64,000 nucleotides of DNA from Eledone cirrhosa (GCA_964016885.1 OZ024746.1:89218001-89282000); one strand, 5' to 3'. Counted from the first letter of the stretch, positions 12,901-30,070 are shown. Program-made: numbers and translations. The notes: generated by a model from the sequence alone, not told the origin.

Positions 12901-13526
12901 TGTATTTACAATATCTGATGAAAGATTTCGCCGCTCGACAGATTTTCGGGCAAAACCAATTGGCAGGAAACAATGGGGATCCAACCGGATGGAGATGGCT
13001 GCATTTTACAGGATCAGGAGGAAGGTGTACTTGAGGATTCAGACCCAACGACCCTCCCAGAAATATAAAGAAAAAGGTGTGTTTATGTTTTTGACCCAGA
13101 GACGAACGAGACGGTGAGGCATTTAGCAACATGCTGCTTCGTTTTTCTCTGGGTCAAAAACATAAACACCCTTTTTTCTTCCCTTTTTTTATTTGCTTGT
13201 TTCCTTAAAGATTACCATCATTCCGTTGGTATACATCTATTACACAATTTACACCTGATGGCGTCACCGGGTTCTTACGCAACCTGGCCACTGAAATGTG
13301 TATAGTGTTAGCAGAAATAAATAATTAAGGAAATTCAACATAATTGGCTTCGTGTCATTTCACTTTGTAATACATTTAGTCCGTTTCCTCACCATAAATA
13401 TGATTCAACATCAAAGATGGATGAGTTTCATAACGTCGAGTGCTTTTCTCTTATTACGTCATGATTAACATTGCAGACTGACCAATTCTATACAGTTATA
13501 CAGTGGTAAACATCCAAATTAAAACG

Positions 13527-15171
<1,645 letters not shown>

Positions 15172-15359
15172 TATATATATATGTAATATAATATTGCACA
15201 TCAAATCACTCGTACACTCGTATAGTACGATGTCATTTTGTACAAACCCAACAACACACGTACACGTAAAAACACACAAGACCTAATAGGAATACAAATA
15301 TGTACACAGTAAGCAGAGTAGAAGAGAGAGAGCGAGCGAGAGAGAGAGCGAATGAGTGA

Positions 15360-15471
15360 GAGAGAGAGAGAATGTGTGTGAGTTATTTATTATTTACGTG
15401 TTTCGATTCAATCTCTCGTGTAGTTATATGTATAGGTATGTGTGTGTGTGTGTGGACATACGTCAATATAA

Positions 15472-15566
<95 letters not shown>

Positions 15567-15845
15567 CATATATATATATACATATATATATATATACATA
15601 TATATAGATACATATTTACATACACATATGTATATACACATATACATATATAAACATATATATATATATATATATACATATACACATATACATACATACA
15701 TACACATATACACACACATACACACCAATACACATATATACACACATACGCACACGCACACACAGAGTCACACACATACACACACACATATATAATATAT
15801 ACGTATATATCAACGTATATCTGAATGTATATATAGAGAGAGAGG
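15360..15845. repeat. Compound (GA)/(TG)/(TA)/(CA) microsatellite field
   Basis: Seen directly. Confidence 0.95.
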
Positions 15846-17654
15846 GGGGATAAAGAGAAGGTGAGAAAGAAAAGAGAAGGCGTAATGTATCCGAATAGGG
15901 TATGTTGATTATTTAGATGAAATTTGGAGTGTATTTCAAAATGGCGAAATTTGTTTGAAATCTGTATGTGTAATAGAACACACCTTTTGAACACATGAAT
16001 GCTTGGTCTTTGGAGTATGGCTTGGCTGAGATTCAACTGTAAATTGGATGCTGGCTAATGAAATAAAAAAAGATGAAAAGAGAGAAAAAAGAGAAACAAA
16101 TAAATCATTAAATCTTCTGGTGCCAAAGCAATCCAGTACCAATTAGAATATACCATCAATACTTGTGTAAAATGACAGTCTTTTAGCTGCCAATCTTCCC
16201 CTCTCTCACCGCTTCTGTGTCTCTTTCTATCTCCTCTCAACACACGAACATTCTATTAAGGCTATCGAAGGCAGCTTGATATTGCCATCTAAGTTATTCA
16301 GACTTTTAATATACTTAGCTTCATACGTGTGGTGTGTGTGTCTATTATGTGTGTCTAAGTTTGTGTGTTTAGGTGTGTGTGTGTGTACGTACATTTTCAT
16401 ATTAATGATTGCTAGGCCCACTTACACACAAATACACACTGACACACACACAAACATACATCGACATATGCACACATTAACTATAAAGCAATTTTGCTGA
16501 GTGAAAAACTACGTCAATTGGGCGCTACCAAAATATAGATTGAAACACGTGTGTACATACATACATAAATTACATGTATACATACATACATGTATACATA
16601 CATACATTACATACATACATTACATACATGTATACATATATACATATATACATGTAACACATTTCTAAGAATGAAAAAACAATTTATGTGTATATTGTGT
16701 ATATGTTTCTGTGTATTATATATTGACGTGTCAAACTTTTATATGCCTTACTTAAACACTTACACACAAACATACGCACTCACACACACACAAGTACACA
16801 CACAAATATATATATATATGTATATATGTGTGTGTGATGTAAATTGGATACACGCGTATATTGAGTGTTTGTTTTTTTATTTTACTTTGATCAATTAGAT
16901 GTATGACCAATGGAGTCCAGCCAGCCTGCCAGCAATGGCGATTTAATCTTGAATTAAAGCTGTATGTAGAGCAATTAGAGAATTGACAGAGTCGCTAAAA
17001 TGTAGACAGCTGTATCTATTCACGAGGCCCTGAGTTAAAATAGTACCGAGGTTAACATTACCTTTAATTCTTTCCAGTTCATTTAATAAACTACTAGTCA
17101 AATACCAGTGTCGAATGAATATTCTGGTATCCTTCTCCCTCTCACTTTCTCTCTCTATCTCTCCTCATTTTCTCTCTAAACCAGTTATATTGCCCTGCAA
17201 TTATCTTGGAAGTAACTTACAGCGTACTTTCCTCCAGAAACATGGAATTATTCAGCTAGTGACTACCAATCGTTTCGTACATAAAACACAAAAACGTCAA
17301 GCATAAAGTAAAAATGCTGTTTTCACCAATTGATAATATGGTGGTAAGAAACTCTCACAAGAACTGGACAGCAGAAGGACTTCAGCGAAGACCGCACCCA
17401 ACAATTTAAGCAAATGTTTCAGCCCTTAAATATTCATTCATATATTCTATAATATATGTAAATATAAATGCATGTATACATATGCATCAGAGTATGTATA
17501 AATAAATACATATAAAAAAAAACCTATTTAACAGTGTTGGATGAAGAAATATACATACATTAAAATAGAGATATGTAGATATTTCGAGAGTAAAGACGGG
17601 AGATAGAGAGAAGAAAAAGAGAGAGGTAAATGCAGAAATAAATGTTATATAAGA

Positions 17655-17847
17655 ATAATTGTTTCTACTTTTGGCACAAGGCCAGCAATTATCCCAGTGT
17701 ATTACTGGTACTTTATTTTATCGACCCCGTAAGGATGAAAGGCAAAGTTAACCTCGGCGGGATTTGAACTCAGAATGGCAAGGGCCGTAACTCTTTGCTG
17801 CAAAGCATGGCGTCCGACACTCTACCGATACTGCCAATCCACCGCCC
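17655..17847 (-). mobile_element. Full-length tRNA-derived SINE (short subfamily) with target-site duplication
   Basis: Minus strand GGCGGTGGATTGGCAGTATCGGTAGAG...GAGTTCAAATCCC (A/B boxes)...; TSD AAGAATAAT. Confidence 0.92.
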
Positions 17848-17949
17848 AAGAATAATATAGAAATATTGGTATAAAAGTGTAATAAGCTTGAAATTATATC
17901 GAAAGAATTGGTTTATATTACGATAAGTGAAGGGAATTTGGAATTGGTT

Positions 17950-18030
<81 letters not shown>

Positions 18031-18824
18031 CATTATTTAAAAAAATTCGAAAATGTCTATGATAATACTCGGTTAAAATAAATATCATTTGTGAAAATTG
18101 GGTAAGGGAGTTATGGAGGTGGAAAAGGAGCCTGCAGGGAATCGAATTAAACCCTACTCGAAAGAGCCGCTGGCCACTGACTTCGTATTTTTAGATTTTA
18201 AGCATATGACTAGATATTTTAATAACCCATTAACTAAAGCAGCAGTGGAAAATTTGAAATTGGAACTGTCTCAATGCAGGATGCTTTGTTCGATTTCTCG
18301 CAGGCACAACGGTCTACATGTCTTTCAATTATTTAAAATGATCGACTATGATTATGCACATTTGCGGCTATGCTCGCATTAATAGAGTTTAGGCTCCACC
18401 AGGTATACGTAAATGCAAAGATCACGCCATATATCACGTCTTCGTCAAGACTGGGTCCATTTGCATACCAACAAGAAACTACAATTCGGTGTAACGTCGT
18501 ATATACGCGACGCCAAAATATACTGTATAATCTTGTTCTAACCAATTAACCTTAACATTCAGGACACGGAAGATACAACATTTGAGAAGACACCAAGACC
18601 CTGATTGAAAGCTCCCATGAACGTATTGTCTGTCTGAAACACTACTATAGACGTTCTTCGTAAAAGTGGATCCAGGAGTAATTGCATGCATTTTTAAGAA
18701 CGGACAAATATCCCTTCAAAACCAATATACAAAACTGGCAGAAGAAACCGTAGAACTATGAGGCAGTGGGGGTGTATATGCATGCGTGTATGTGTCTGTG
18801 TGAATATGTGTGAAAACATATGTG

Positions 18825-19110
18825 CGATGGCACATGATTAAACTGCGTTCGATTTCCGTCTGCCTCTTGTGTCCTTGATCAAGATAATTCATTTCATGCT
18901 ACTCCAGTCCAGTCATCTGGTAAACATTGAGGTGTAACAGTAAATCAAAAGGCCAAGCTTGTCAGATACTGTGTCCTGATGAATCTCCCTGAGAATTTTA
19001 CATGTGTTTGCTCAATGATCTGCCACCGGCAATCTAATTTGCCGAGTAGGTTTGACTGTTAATCACATCAATTGGAAAACTCGTCGTCGGAACCGACGGA
19101 CGTCCTAGAC
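18825..19110 (+). mobile_element. Degenerate CORE-like SINE
   Basis: GCGTTCGATTTCC...GTGTCCTTGATCAAGATAATTCATTTCATGCTACTCCAGTCCAGTCATCTGG; similar to 3812 and 29130. Confidence 0.55.
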
Positions 19111-19216
19111 ACACTCCTGAATGCGTGAGGGAGAGAATGAGAGAGGAGAAGTTCGCTTATATATATATATACACACACATACACAGAGAGAGATAAGGAT
19201 TATATATATATATATA

Positions 19217-20115
19217 CGAGGTGTGTCAGAAAAGTTCCAGGACTGATGTTACAAAAGATTTATTTCAAACCCAATCTTCACAATAAGCGTTTTCTCCTTC
19301 AAAGTAACCCCCCTGGAGTATGTAACTGTAATCCTAGCTCTCTGCAGCGATCAAACATTTTTTTTCATAATTTTATATACATGTCCTCTGTTTCAGGTTG
19401 TCAAGCAATGAGCACAGAGCAACGAACAAACGTTTCTGGTACGGTTGGGGAAAACTCCGTCAGAAGCACTGGGATTGCTGCAGCAAGTGTTTGGAGATGA
19501 GACGATGTCTCGCTCACGTGCTCTTGAGTGGTTCAAGAGGTTTAAGGAAGGACGCGAGGACGTGGAAGATGACCCCAGGAGCGGAAGGCCCTCAACAACC
19601 AGGACTGAGGTCAACGTTGAGCGCGTCAGGCAGATGGTGCGTAGCGATCGTCGGCTGACTGTTCGACTGATGGTAAATGAGCTGGGCATGAATCAGGACA
19701 GCGTCTGGAAGATTCTCATTGAAGATTTGGACATGCGGAAAGTCTGCGCGAACATGTTGCCAAAACTGCTGAACGATGACCAGAAGGGTCGACGCATGCA
19801 AGTGTGCCAGGACATCCACGAGCGCCTTGAAACCGAACCAGACTTACTAGGGACATTCATTACCGGTGATGAGTCATGGATCTTCGAGTACAACCCGGAG
19901 GGGACCCGTTTTGAAGACGTGGACGACATCAAAAAGGCCGTGGACGACGGAACTGTGGAGGATCCCGGAGGAATCCTTCCAGGAGTGCATGCAAGCGTGG
20001 CAGAAAAGGATGGACAAGTGCATTAGACTCCAGGTGGATTAGTTGAAAGAGAAAACTCTTAGTTTGAAATAAATCTTTAATGACATCAGTCCTGGAACTT
20101 TTCTGACACACCTCG
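19217..20115 (+). mobile_element. Internally deleted mariner DNA transposon
   Basis: Perfect 33-bp TIRs (19217-19249 / 20083-20115) extending imperfectly to about 54 bp; TA on both sides. Confidence 0.96.
19408..20045 (+). pseudogene. Mariner transposase remnant (HTH domains intact, catalytic core deleted)
   Basis: WFKRFKEGREDVEDDPRSGRPST, RKVCANMLPKLL and ITGDESWIFEYNPE joined directly to GTRFEDVDDIKKAV; second and third catalytic Asp and YSPDLAP are absent; frameshifts at both ends. Confidence 0.93.
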
Positions 20116-20315
20116 TATGTATATGCACGTTGAAATAAGTGTGGATAACTAAAATATGGAAAAGAGATGCCAAATGTGTTTCTATGAAACAGAGTGTGTG
20201 ATTATGAGGAGACTATACCGGTGCACCGTTCTATAGAGGCATAAATCAATATATTGTAGACACACGGCATATACGTACATATCTGGACATATGTATTTAT
20301 CTGTACATATGTGTA

Positions 20316-20377
<62 letters not shown>

Positions 20378-20436
20378 TATAGATATATTATATGTGTGTA
20401 TATTTGTATGTATCTATAAATGCATATATATGTATA

Positions 20437-20498
<62 letters not shown>

Positions 20499-23400
20499 AA
20501 GATAAATGTATTGATGGATTGGCTGATAGAAGTTTCGGTAAAGACAGATGAATTACTAAAAAGATAAACAGATTGAACCATACTAAGAAAGATAAGTTCG
20601 TTCCTACTTAGAGAGGCATATGCATTTCTCATCTATATATACTTTAATTTCCTCTTGTTAATAATATCAATTTCTATTCCAACTATTCTGGTTCTTATCA
20701 TTCACATTGCAGCTAATTCCGCTAGTTCGTTGCTGAATGAAATTCCTTGGAGACTGATTGCTTTCGTTGATTCTTCCAATTATTCATTAATATATTAAAA
20801 TTTCAAATACACAAGGAAGAACTTGTTACAATACGACTTCATTGCTTAGTGTGCTTTTATAACATAGTTCTAATTGAACTATATTGAACAATTATTAATG
20901 AGAGATAGCACGTTTCAGCAGACGCCAATGATGAATGCATGGACCTAGTTTTAGGAACATTATGTCTTGCTGCATTTCAAATCCCGCCTACGCCGGCCTC
21001 ACAAATCTCCTGTTGTTATTTGGATGCTGCGAAACTTTGATTGAGAAATAAATCCATAGCTAATCTATCTTTATAGACCTATTAAGACTACATTAAGTTA
21101 TGTACCATTTCTTGCTAAAGGGGACGGAGTGTGATTTGGAGCTTAATTTGCCGATATACCTAACAGGTCAAACAACTCTCCGTTTTCATTCTTCCACGTC
21201 GAAGGCAATTATACTTTCCAAAAGAATATATCAAATTTAACAGAAACAAAAACAAAAACAAAACCAACAAACTCTGTATAAATTAAACAATTATAAAAAC
21301 CTTAAATCTCAAAATACATATTTGTTTGAAATGTATAGCTGATCAGATATATTCGAGAAATATCGGTTATTATGAGCTATATCCTCGGTTCTGCCTCTGG
21401 CATCTTCAACGTGTATTTGGCATATATAATAAAGTTTGCTGTTTCCCCTTCATATACAATACAGAAATTACATTAACGATCTAGAATACGATTTATCTTC
21501 AGCTCCCCGTAATGCTATAGAAACCTCAAGCCATTCACCTGTGTAATTGTTTGACTCTGAAGATTTTTGAAAGATTAAATTTCCAAATATACTTGTCATA
21601 ATCATGTCGTATTGGATAAAATAAAATGATAAGCGCAATACACACAAGTCGTACTGTGTAAAATATAATCACGAGGGAATGAAACGTACCATTTACAATA
21701 TATTGACGAATCTGGTTATCTAAACCACTCGTACATGCTATAATATAATGATGTCTGAGCGATGTAGCCGGTCATACATATTTAAATATATTTTTCTAAC
21801 GTATATGCAAGCCACTGTGAGTCGGATAAACATTTAATAATGTATTGTTTGGTATGTTACAGACCCCCAAGAGAATAAAATAAACAGATAACACCCGAGA
21901 ATTTATTTCAAAATCTCAAGTAACATAACTATTATATTGTATTTTATTGAATGCCCTATTATTGTATGATTTAATGGTAGTGTTCATAAATGAGATGATT
22001 GCAAATTATGGGAGCGGGGGCATATAATATTACTTTGTATTCAGGAAACATCTCTGTGCATTGTCCATGATTAAAGCATTTAAGAATTAAAGCATTTAAG
22101 AATTAAATTTTCCTCACATTAAAAAAATGAAGCTTCTGTGTTCTCGCTCGACTTACTAGATACAGTGACCAAATATCGTTATAAATCACAATCTGCTAAG
22201 GCATTCGTCGTGCCCATGCAGCTGTATCTGGAGGGATATCTTCTGTATGAGTTGTTACGGTACATTGAGGAGAGGCTGCAGTGAATTCTGCAGGGCTCAA
22301 GAATGAGCGAGCTAGTATAGAATGCCACCAGCACCTCAGGCAGCAAGTCCACACACTCCATAAAACAGATGGTATGCAATGTAAGTGCAAGTGAGGATAC
22401 AGATTTGCTTCAGATTCATCGCAGAAATTGTTGGAAGACGAAAATATTTGGGATTCTTTTGTTATCTTAGCAATTTAGATTTTTCTTTTCTAGTGTATTG
22501 TTTGGTTTTCACAATTATTTAAATTATTCTTATACTTTTCATAATGCCCGGTATATACACCCCAATTTGAGTTGAATAATATTTTAGCCATTAAATCCTA
22601 AACCTTAGCTTGATTTTAGTGTTGCTATATATATGAAATATTTGATAATGATAAGTACGGATATGTTTGTGTGCCTATGTTTCTTGTGTCTCCTGTTTCT
22701 GAAAGCTGTGCAGGTGATTGTGTTTGTGTATCAGGAAATTTCGATCGTTATGAAAAAGCAAAACCACAATCTGCACACCAAACACACATGAACACACATA
22801 AAGACATTAATTTATTCGAATGCAGGTAAATACTTCAAGAGTGAGAATCACGACGCTAATTCACATACATATTTACTAACATGTTTTTGTCAGATAACTT
22901 TAAATACACATATGTAATTTATTCCTCATCACTCAGATATAGCTATGCGACCACAAATCTATCATATATATATGTATTTCTCCCCCCACCCTTCTCTATT
23001 TCTATGTATAGAGATAAAGAGAATGAAATAAGGATAGCGAAGAAGAGATAAACGAAAAGTGAGAGCGAGTCTGTGTATTTAATTATATAACGTAACGTCT
23101 ATAAATTATGTAATTTCCCACTGGAGCGCATTTTGCATGAATGCTTCGAAAGGTGCTCAAATATAAGTATATATGGACACATACGTGCCTTAACACTTTC
23201 TATCATATGCATAAGCTTGTTCATTCACGCTTATATTCACATAGGGAAATCTGTACATATGTATAGCTAAGCAAGAGATAGAAGCAGCGTGTTAAGGCAA
23301 TATACTCACACACACGCACACACATATACATGCTGAGATTGAGAGGGAGATAAATAGATAGATAGATATAAAGAGAGGGATAAAAAGACAGGGAAATAGG

Positions 23401-24119
23401 CACATATTCAGGTACAGTGAGAGTGTGGTGGAGAAGAATGTAAGGTAATTGTACATGTGGAATTGTAACTTTCACAGAACTAGATATACAAGCAACACTG
23501 TTCCAATTGATAATGGATATCGAATGACAAAGAAACCGTTTTGAAGGACGCCGAAGTGTGTACCACATGAATGGTTAAAGCATATTGCAGCTTCGTTCTC
23601 GAGCTAGTAATTTCTTTACATTCTTTACGTTTTATATCATATGTACTTTCAATTTTGCAATCTTGTGTTCAAATTAGCAACTTGATTACGCAACGTCATA
23701 AATATGTATTGTGAGCGAAATTCGGTTAATGAAATCCTGTCGAATTGATTGCCTGAAATTCCAAATGCCACCATCTTCGTACACTAGCTAAATCTGAGTC
23801 TGCCCGAGGGATCTTTATAATCATTGCTTTATATATCACGATGTAGCCGTAGTGGCTACATCATTGACATTGCGGTGTCTCGGGTATATACATCTGGCAG
23901 AGCCCATCCGTCCCCCTCTCCAGGTCTGAACATAGCTGATTTCTGCCAGAATACGGAGAGGAGAAACGATTATTATGACGTATTTTTCCGCCTTTACCTA
24001 GGGAATCATTATGTGTAAAAAAATGTCTGTGGAATTGTTATTTTCTGAAAATTGCCGACTGCGTTTTGAATGACCCCCCCCTCCTACAAATGGAGGAAAA
24101 TATAAAGAGTAAAGCAGTA

Positions 24120-24292
24120 ATATGTGACTGAGGGTCTGGTGCCATGCTTTCCAGCATAGAGTTATGTCCCTTTACGTTCTGAGTTCAAATCCCGTTGAGG
24201 TTAACTTTGCTTTTCATCCATACGAATCGATAAAATAAAGTACCAATAATGCAGTGAGATAATTGCTGGCCTTGTGCCAACAGTAGAAATAA
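24120..24292 (+). mobile_element. tRNA-derived SINE (short subfamily)
   Basis: CTGAGTTCAAATCCCGTTGAGGTTAACTTTGCTTTTCATCC...GCTGGCCTTGTGCC. Confidence 0.88.
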
Positions 24293-24695
24293 TCATTTCA
24301 TAGAACCAGGAATGATAACTTAATAACAGGAAAAAAGTAAATACTTAGTCTCTCCTAGCGGGTTTTAATCCTGGATCAGAGAGGCCTGTGAATATATCCT
24401 GCAGAGAATGTTGCCTATTGCACATGCAAGTCGCCAATCTCCATTTCATAAGGTAAAATATCACTGTGTTGACAAATATTTATAATGTAACACCCACCAT
24501 TTGAAAATAATTTCCTTTGAAGAGTAAACACTAAAAGTAATATAGTAATGCGTTTAAAAACAGTTTGAAGTGATATTAATTTGTTTCCTAAGAGTTTTAG
24601 CAGCATAGGTAAAGTGTGTTCTTTTACTACACAGCTCTTGTCACTTATGAAGCAGGCCTATGATCAAAGACGCCAGTTACTATACAACACACACA

Positions 24696-24763
<68 letters not shown>

Positions 24764-25029
24764 TTATTTGTATAGGATCAAAAGGTTTGGGTAAAACGGT
24801 TGCTCGTTACTAGGTGTGTGGGAGCTGAATGTGTTAAACACTTATGGAATATACAGAGCAAAATAATTTAATTTAGGCAAAAACCAAAGACTATAATTCA
24901 AATCATTTTAATAATTTCTACGTTCGTTTCGATTTAACGAAATCCAATTGCAAACACCTATAGTAATTTGCAGATTAATAAAAGACAGGTATTGATTATA
25001 GTTTGTAATCACCGTATACGAAAAACATT

Positions 25030-25444
<415 letters not shown>

Positions 25445-25502
25445 CACACACACACACGCACACACGCGCACACACACACATACACACACACGCACACGCA
25501 CG

Positions 25503-25600
<98 letters not shown>

Positions 25601-26589
25601 TGATTGCTTGTTTGAAGCATTGCGGAGTATGAAACTGTAACAGGTAAGAAGGTAATACAAAGAGACTACACAAGTGAAAGAAGAATAACTGAAAGTTACC
25701 TTAGCAATTCCATCTCTCTCTTTTGCTTTCTCTCTGTAGGTCAGAATACCAGAGATTTATTCCAGAGAAGGATTTTTTATCGAACTTAACTGGAAGAAAG
25801 CCAAAGATGACCTCGGCAGGATTTGAACTTAGAAAACAGTGATTCGGAACGAATACTGCAAAATAACGACTCTACAAACTGTAATTGAAACCGGATCGCA
25901 GAATAGGTTATTATTAACTATGAAATTAGTAGAGTACCTTAATGTTTATATCTTTTAATGTTTTTCTTTCTCTTTTCATTTTTACACATTCTCAATCCTA
26001 CTTAATTTAAACTTGTTTAGCAACATTTTCTTTGAGAGGAATTGATTTTAGTTGAAGCTTCTACTTGATCTTTCGCTCCACCAAATTACTGACAATATTC
26101 TGTTTATCCTAGATAATTCCTCTTTTAAATTTATATTTTATCATATATAAAAGGATACGATGTAAGAAGTTAAAAATCAACAACAGTGACAAGAACAACC
26201 ACAAGAAAAATTCTTTAAAATAATCAATACAAGTTGTAAGCTTTTCACACCAATCTGATATCTGATAGAGTCGAATGTAAAAGATTTGATGACACATCAT
26301 GAGAAGTATCTAAACAAATAACTTGTTATGCTTGTTTAACAGGTCATAGATAACGCAAAAGCACTACTTCTGGCAATCTAATTCTTTTACATTTTCAAAT
26401 ACAAAAGATGATAATGAACAGATTTAATGCTGGATACGGATAGTCAATATATCTGACATATATTTTAAAAAATTGATTTCAATCTTAGAAACAGAACAAT
26501 TATTCATATTTCTTAATATATTTACAGAGAATAAAGATTGTATTCAAGAACACTGTATACATAATTATAAATTACACAACACACACACG

Positions 26590-26612
26590 TATATATATAT
26601 ATATATATATAT

Positions 26613-26678
<66 letters not shown>

Positions 26679-26892
26679 GTGTGCGTGTCTGTGTGTGAGT
26701 GTGTATTGGATAATTTACCTGCCTATCACTCTCTCTCTCTGTCTCTCGCTAGAGAGAGAGAATTTGTGGTACTGAGACCGAAGAGATCATCAATCATGAG
26801 AATACTCAATGCATGAGTAGATGCAGAGTTAGTATAGAGATATGTATACCCCCAATCTCTCTCCCTATATATATATATATATATATATACAT

Positions 26893-26935
<43 letters not shown>

Positions 26936-27043
26936 CACACACACACATATATATATATACATATATATATATCCATACACACTTATATATATATATATAT
27001 CCACACACACACACACAGACACACGCACACACACACACACACA

Positions 27044-27090
<47 letters not shown>

Positions 27091-27112
27091 ACATATATAT
27101 ATATATATATAT
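26590..27112. repeat. Compound (TA)/(TG)/(CA) microsatellite field
   Basis: Seen directly. Confidence 0.92.
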
Positions 27113-27974
27113 CCGTATATGATTATAAATGTTTGTATTATAAAGATTTAAAATACATCTGTTTTCGCCATTATCTTTTCATTTTGAGTAGTAGTCCTTT
27201 TATATTTGCGTCATTAGAATATTTTTTTTGTTTAATGGTAGTAAAATCTTTACGATATCTTAATTGCCAATGTAAATTCTCTCGTCATTGATGACGTAAA
27301 TTGTTGGAATATCTAATATATATTTCAGTAATATATTTTCTGCTAGTCATAATATTTAAGTAATGTTAAATTGCACTGAAGATTAGATTAGCAATATCAG
27401 CTATATATCAATTTAATAATCTTTCTTTCTGACTACGCCCGAATTTTCTGCAATTATATTTTTATCAAAATGAAGATTTCTTATAGATGATATATCAATA
27501 AAATCACTGAGCTAAGAAGAGAAATATTAGGGTAAACCACCGGATATATATCCCTCAAGTCATTTCGAATTTATAGACAAATGCATTCAGTGGTTGTCGT
27601 CGTTTAACTACGGTTCAATCTTGGTAGAGCAGGCCTATGAGTAAAAAAAAAAAATGCAGTCACGGTAATTATGTCATGTTATCAGAAAGAGTGAAACTAG
27701 ATTCATATCATCATTTGTGTCACTCTATTTTCCCTAAAATGTAGGATGCCGTCCCATGAGGCTTGACTGCTTTCTCTAGCGCATGAAGTGGTTAAATAAT
27801 AGGAATAGATTACAATTATTTCACGTGGCTTCTTTCACTGTTAATTATTGATACAAATTTACTCAAATAAGTGTTTTCTGCTTCAATTATCTGGGTTCTC
27901 ATTGAGTCTGTCATGCATCATTTACAGCCTTATGAACGAAAGTCTATCAAGTTTAATACTCCAAAGGTGAATGG

Positions 27975-28123
27975 ATACAGTGGTCACAGCATTTGATAAC
28001 TGAGTTTTGCAAATAGTTATAAATTTGCACATAGCATAACTAGGCTGTATAACCACCGTGGACACATTTGTAAGCACACGGAATAAATTACCTTTTTATG
28101 ATGTTTACCTGTTATTATTCATT

Positions 28124-28127
<4 letters not shown>
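27975..28127 (+). mobile_element. Isolated, degenerate 3' end of the Hydra-type PLE family (family C)
   Basis: Colinear with 33035-33187 (ACAGTGGTCACAGC...ACCACCGTGG...GTAAGCACACGGAATAAA...CATTCTT) and ends in (TA)n. Confidence 0.85.
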
Positions 28128-28159
<32 letters not shown>

Positions 28160-28161
<2 letters not shown>

Positions 28162-28329
28162 CGAAGGAGGTGTGGTAAGAACCAGATGGACCATAACGCA
28201 CCAGAGTACTCAATACTTAGGGTAGTAGAGTGGGTAATAGGAACATGTTAGACCCCGACGGCAGAGCTATTTCTGGAAATAGCCGTCGAAACGGCTTGAG
28301 CTCTGCCGTCGGGTCTAACATTTTCCTAT
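28160..28329 (-). mobile_element. Family A fold-back half-hammerhead element, copy 2 (one arm carries an internal deletion)
   Basis: Tail at left is the reverse complement of the copy 1/3/4 tails; arms GGAACATGTTAGACCCCGACGGCAGAGCT / AGCTCTGCCGTCGGGTCTAACATTTTCC. Confidence 0.85.
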
Positions 28330-28348
28330 ATATAAAATATATATATAT

Positions 28349-28567
28349 AAAAGGTAAACAGAAATAACAACACAATCGGTAGAGTATATGGAAGGTATAT
28401 ATTAGGTTAACGCTTGATATAGCAGGAAGAGGGTCCTAACGTTTCGAACGCTAGTCCTTCATCAGAAGAAAGAATGAGAAATAAAATAGATTAAGGGGAC
28501 GGGCGGGATGGATTTGGAAAAAATGTCTTTAGATAAAAATAATAGTTCCATTTATGTTGACATCTCT
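28349..28567 (-). mobile_element. Family B (TA)n-flanked non-coding element of about 220 bp with a central hammerhead
   Basis: Same two ends as the copy at 25238; third, truncated copy at 44797. Confidence 0.82.
28434..28469 (-). ncRNA. Minimal type I hammerhead ribozyme motif
   Basis: Minus strand TCTT-CTGATGA-A-GGAC(TAGC)GTTC-GAAACGTT-AGGA; canonical core, 4-bp stems I and II, palindromic AACGTT in place of stem III; the other copies have AAGA, giving a perfect stem I. Confidence 0.75.
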
Positions 28568-28774
<207 letters not shown>

Positions 28775-29129
28775 GTTTTATGTGTTTGTGTGTATTTGTG
28801 TTTATAAAAGGACATTTACTCTCAGTATATGTATATGGTGTGATGAATCACAGAGTAGTGCGTTGAATTTTCTACACTGGATTCTCACGGGGATCTAATT
28901 TTAACTTTGATCATCCAGTAGACGATTAGATATGTATCAATTGAATATTCCCATTTTACTCAAAGCTTCTGGTTTATGGACTATTGATAGAAATCAATAT
29001 TATTGGATCTAAACTAATAAGGAAATAAAAAAAAAAAAAATATATAACACAAAAGCAACATTATAAACATTAAACAAAACATACTAAAATAGAATGTTTG
29101 TATGTTTGTGTTGGACCTCCGTCGATTCA

Positions 29130-29400
29130 GAAGAAGAGTGTTACAGTTGTTATATCAATGAAACAGCCCGATTCTGAAATTAATGAACTAGTGACTGAGC
29201 ATTCTTTGATAGATACTTGTACTCTTTAGAGAATTCCGAGGGGGGTTCAGCTTGGTACAGTGTGTGACTGGGCCAATCCTTTGAATTGCAGACACAACGA
29301 ATTATACCAGCTGGGTAGACATGAGTGTCGTGAAATAAAGTGTTTCCAATCTCGCCACTAGGAATCAAACTCACAACTTTACTTTCGTGAGCGGAACACC
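29130..29400 (-). mobile_element. Degenerate CORE-like SINE
   Basis: Minus strand GTGAGTTTGATTCCTAG (B-box-like) and ACACTTTATTTCACGACACTC...CCCAGCTGG. Confidence 0.55.
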
Positions 29401-29710
29401 GTATATAATATGTTACACAGAACTTATATAACTAAAAATATACTTATACACAAACGCTCCTTCGCACACCCACACCAGCCCTGAAGTCATATTTCTGATT
29501 GAAAAACAAAATAAAACATGGATATCTATAGGTATTCTTGATCATTACTTAGCTGGTTTTAAAATAACATACATAAAAAAAGGAAATGAACCAATCGTCA
29601 GCTATAATATTTCTGTTGTTTTTTCCATAACTAAAACAATCTGACGGATAAGGCTTCTATCAGAAGGGGGTGGGATTTAAACTCAGAGCACACAGACTCG
29701 TTTACAAATA

Positions 29711-30070
29711 CAGGGTGACCAGAAAAAGCACTCCTTGATTTCCAATACCTATAATATTGTTTCTACGTTTGGCACAATGCCAGCAATTACCCAGTACATT
29801 ACTGGTACTTTATTTTATCGACACCGCAAGGATGAAAGGCAAAGTGAACTTCGGCGGGATTTGAAACCAGACTATAAAGGGGCGTAACTCTAGGCTGCAA
29901 AGCATGGTGTCCGACCTTCTACCGACACTGCCAATAATATGCAAACGTGCATGGACTAATAAAGATCCTTTCCTTATTTGCAGAATTGACTCGATCCGCT
30001 AGATGGCAGGGTAATTCAAGGCAGCGTTCATTCAACAACAAGGTAGCTGTGTGTTATTGTGGACACTCTG
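29711..30070. mobile_element. Old Tc1/mariner-type MITE interrupted by a SINE
   Basis: TA-CAGGGTGACCAGAA ... TTGTGGACACTCTG-TA imperfect TIRs. Confidence 0.6.
29752..29935 (-). mobile_element. tRNA-derived SINE (short subfamily) nested in the MITE
   Basis: Reverse complement of the family consensus. Confidence 0.9.

Noticed and set aside
20496-20635. TA-flanked insert with GAAACTTCTATCAG on the minus strand
   Set aside because: No recognisable CUGANGA or stems; too decayed to call
22179-22440. GC-richer segment that might be an exon
   Set aside because: No recognisable homology or splice structure by eye
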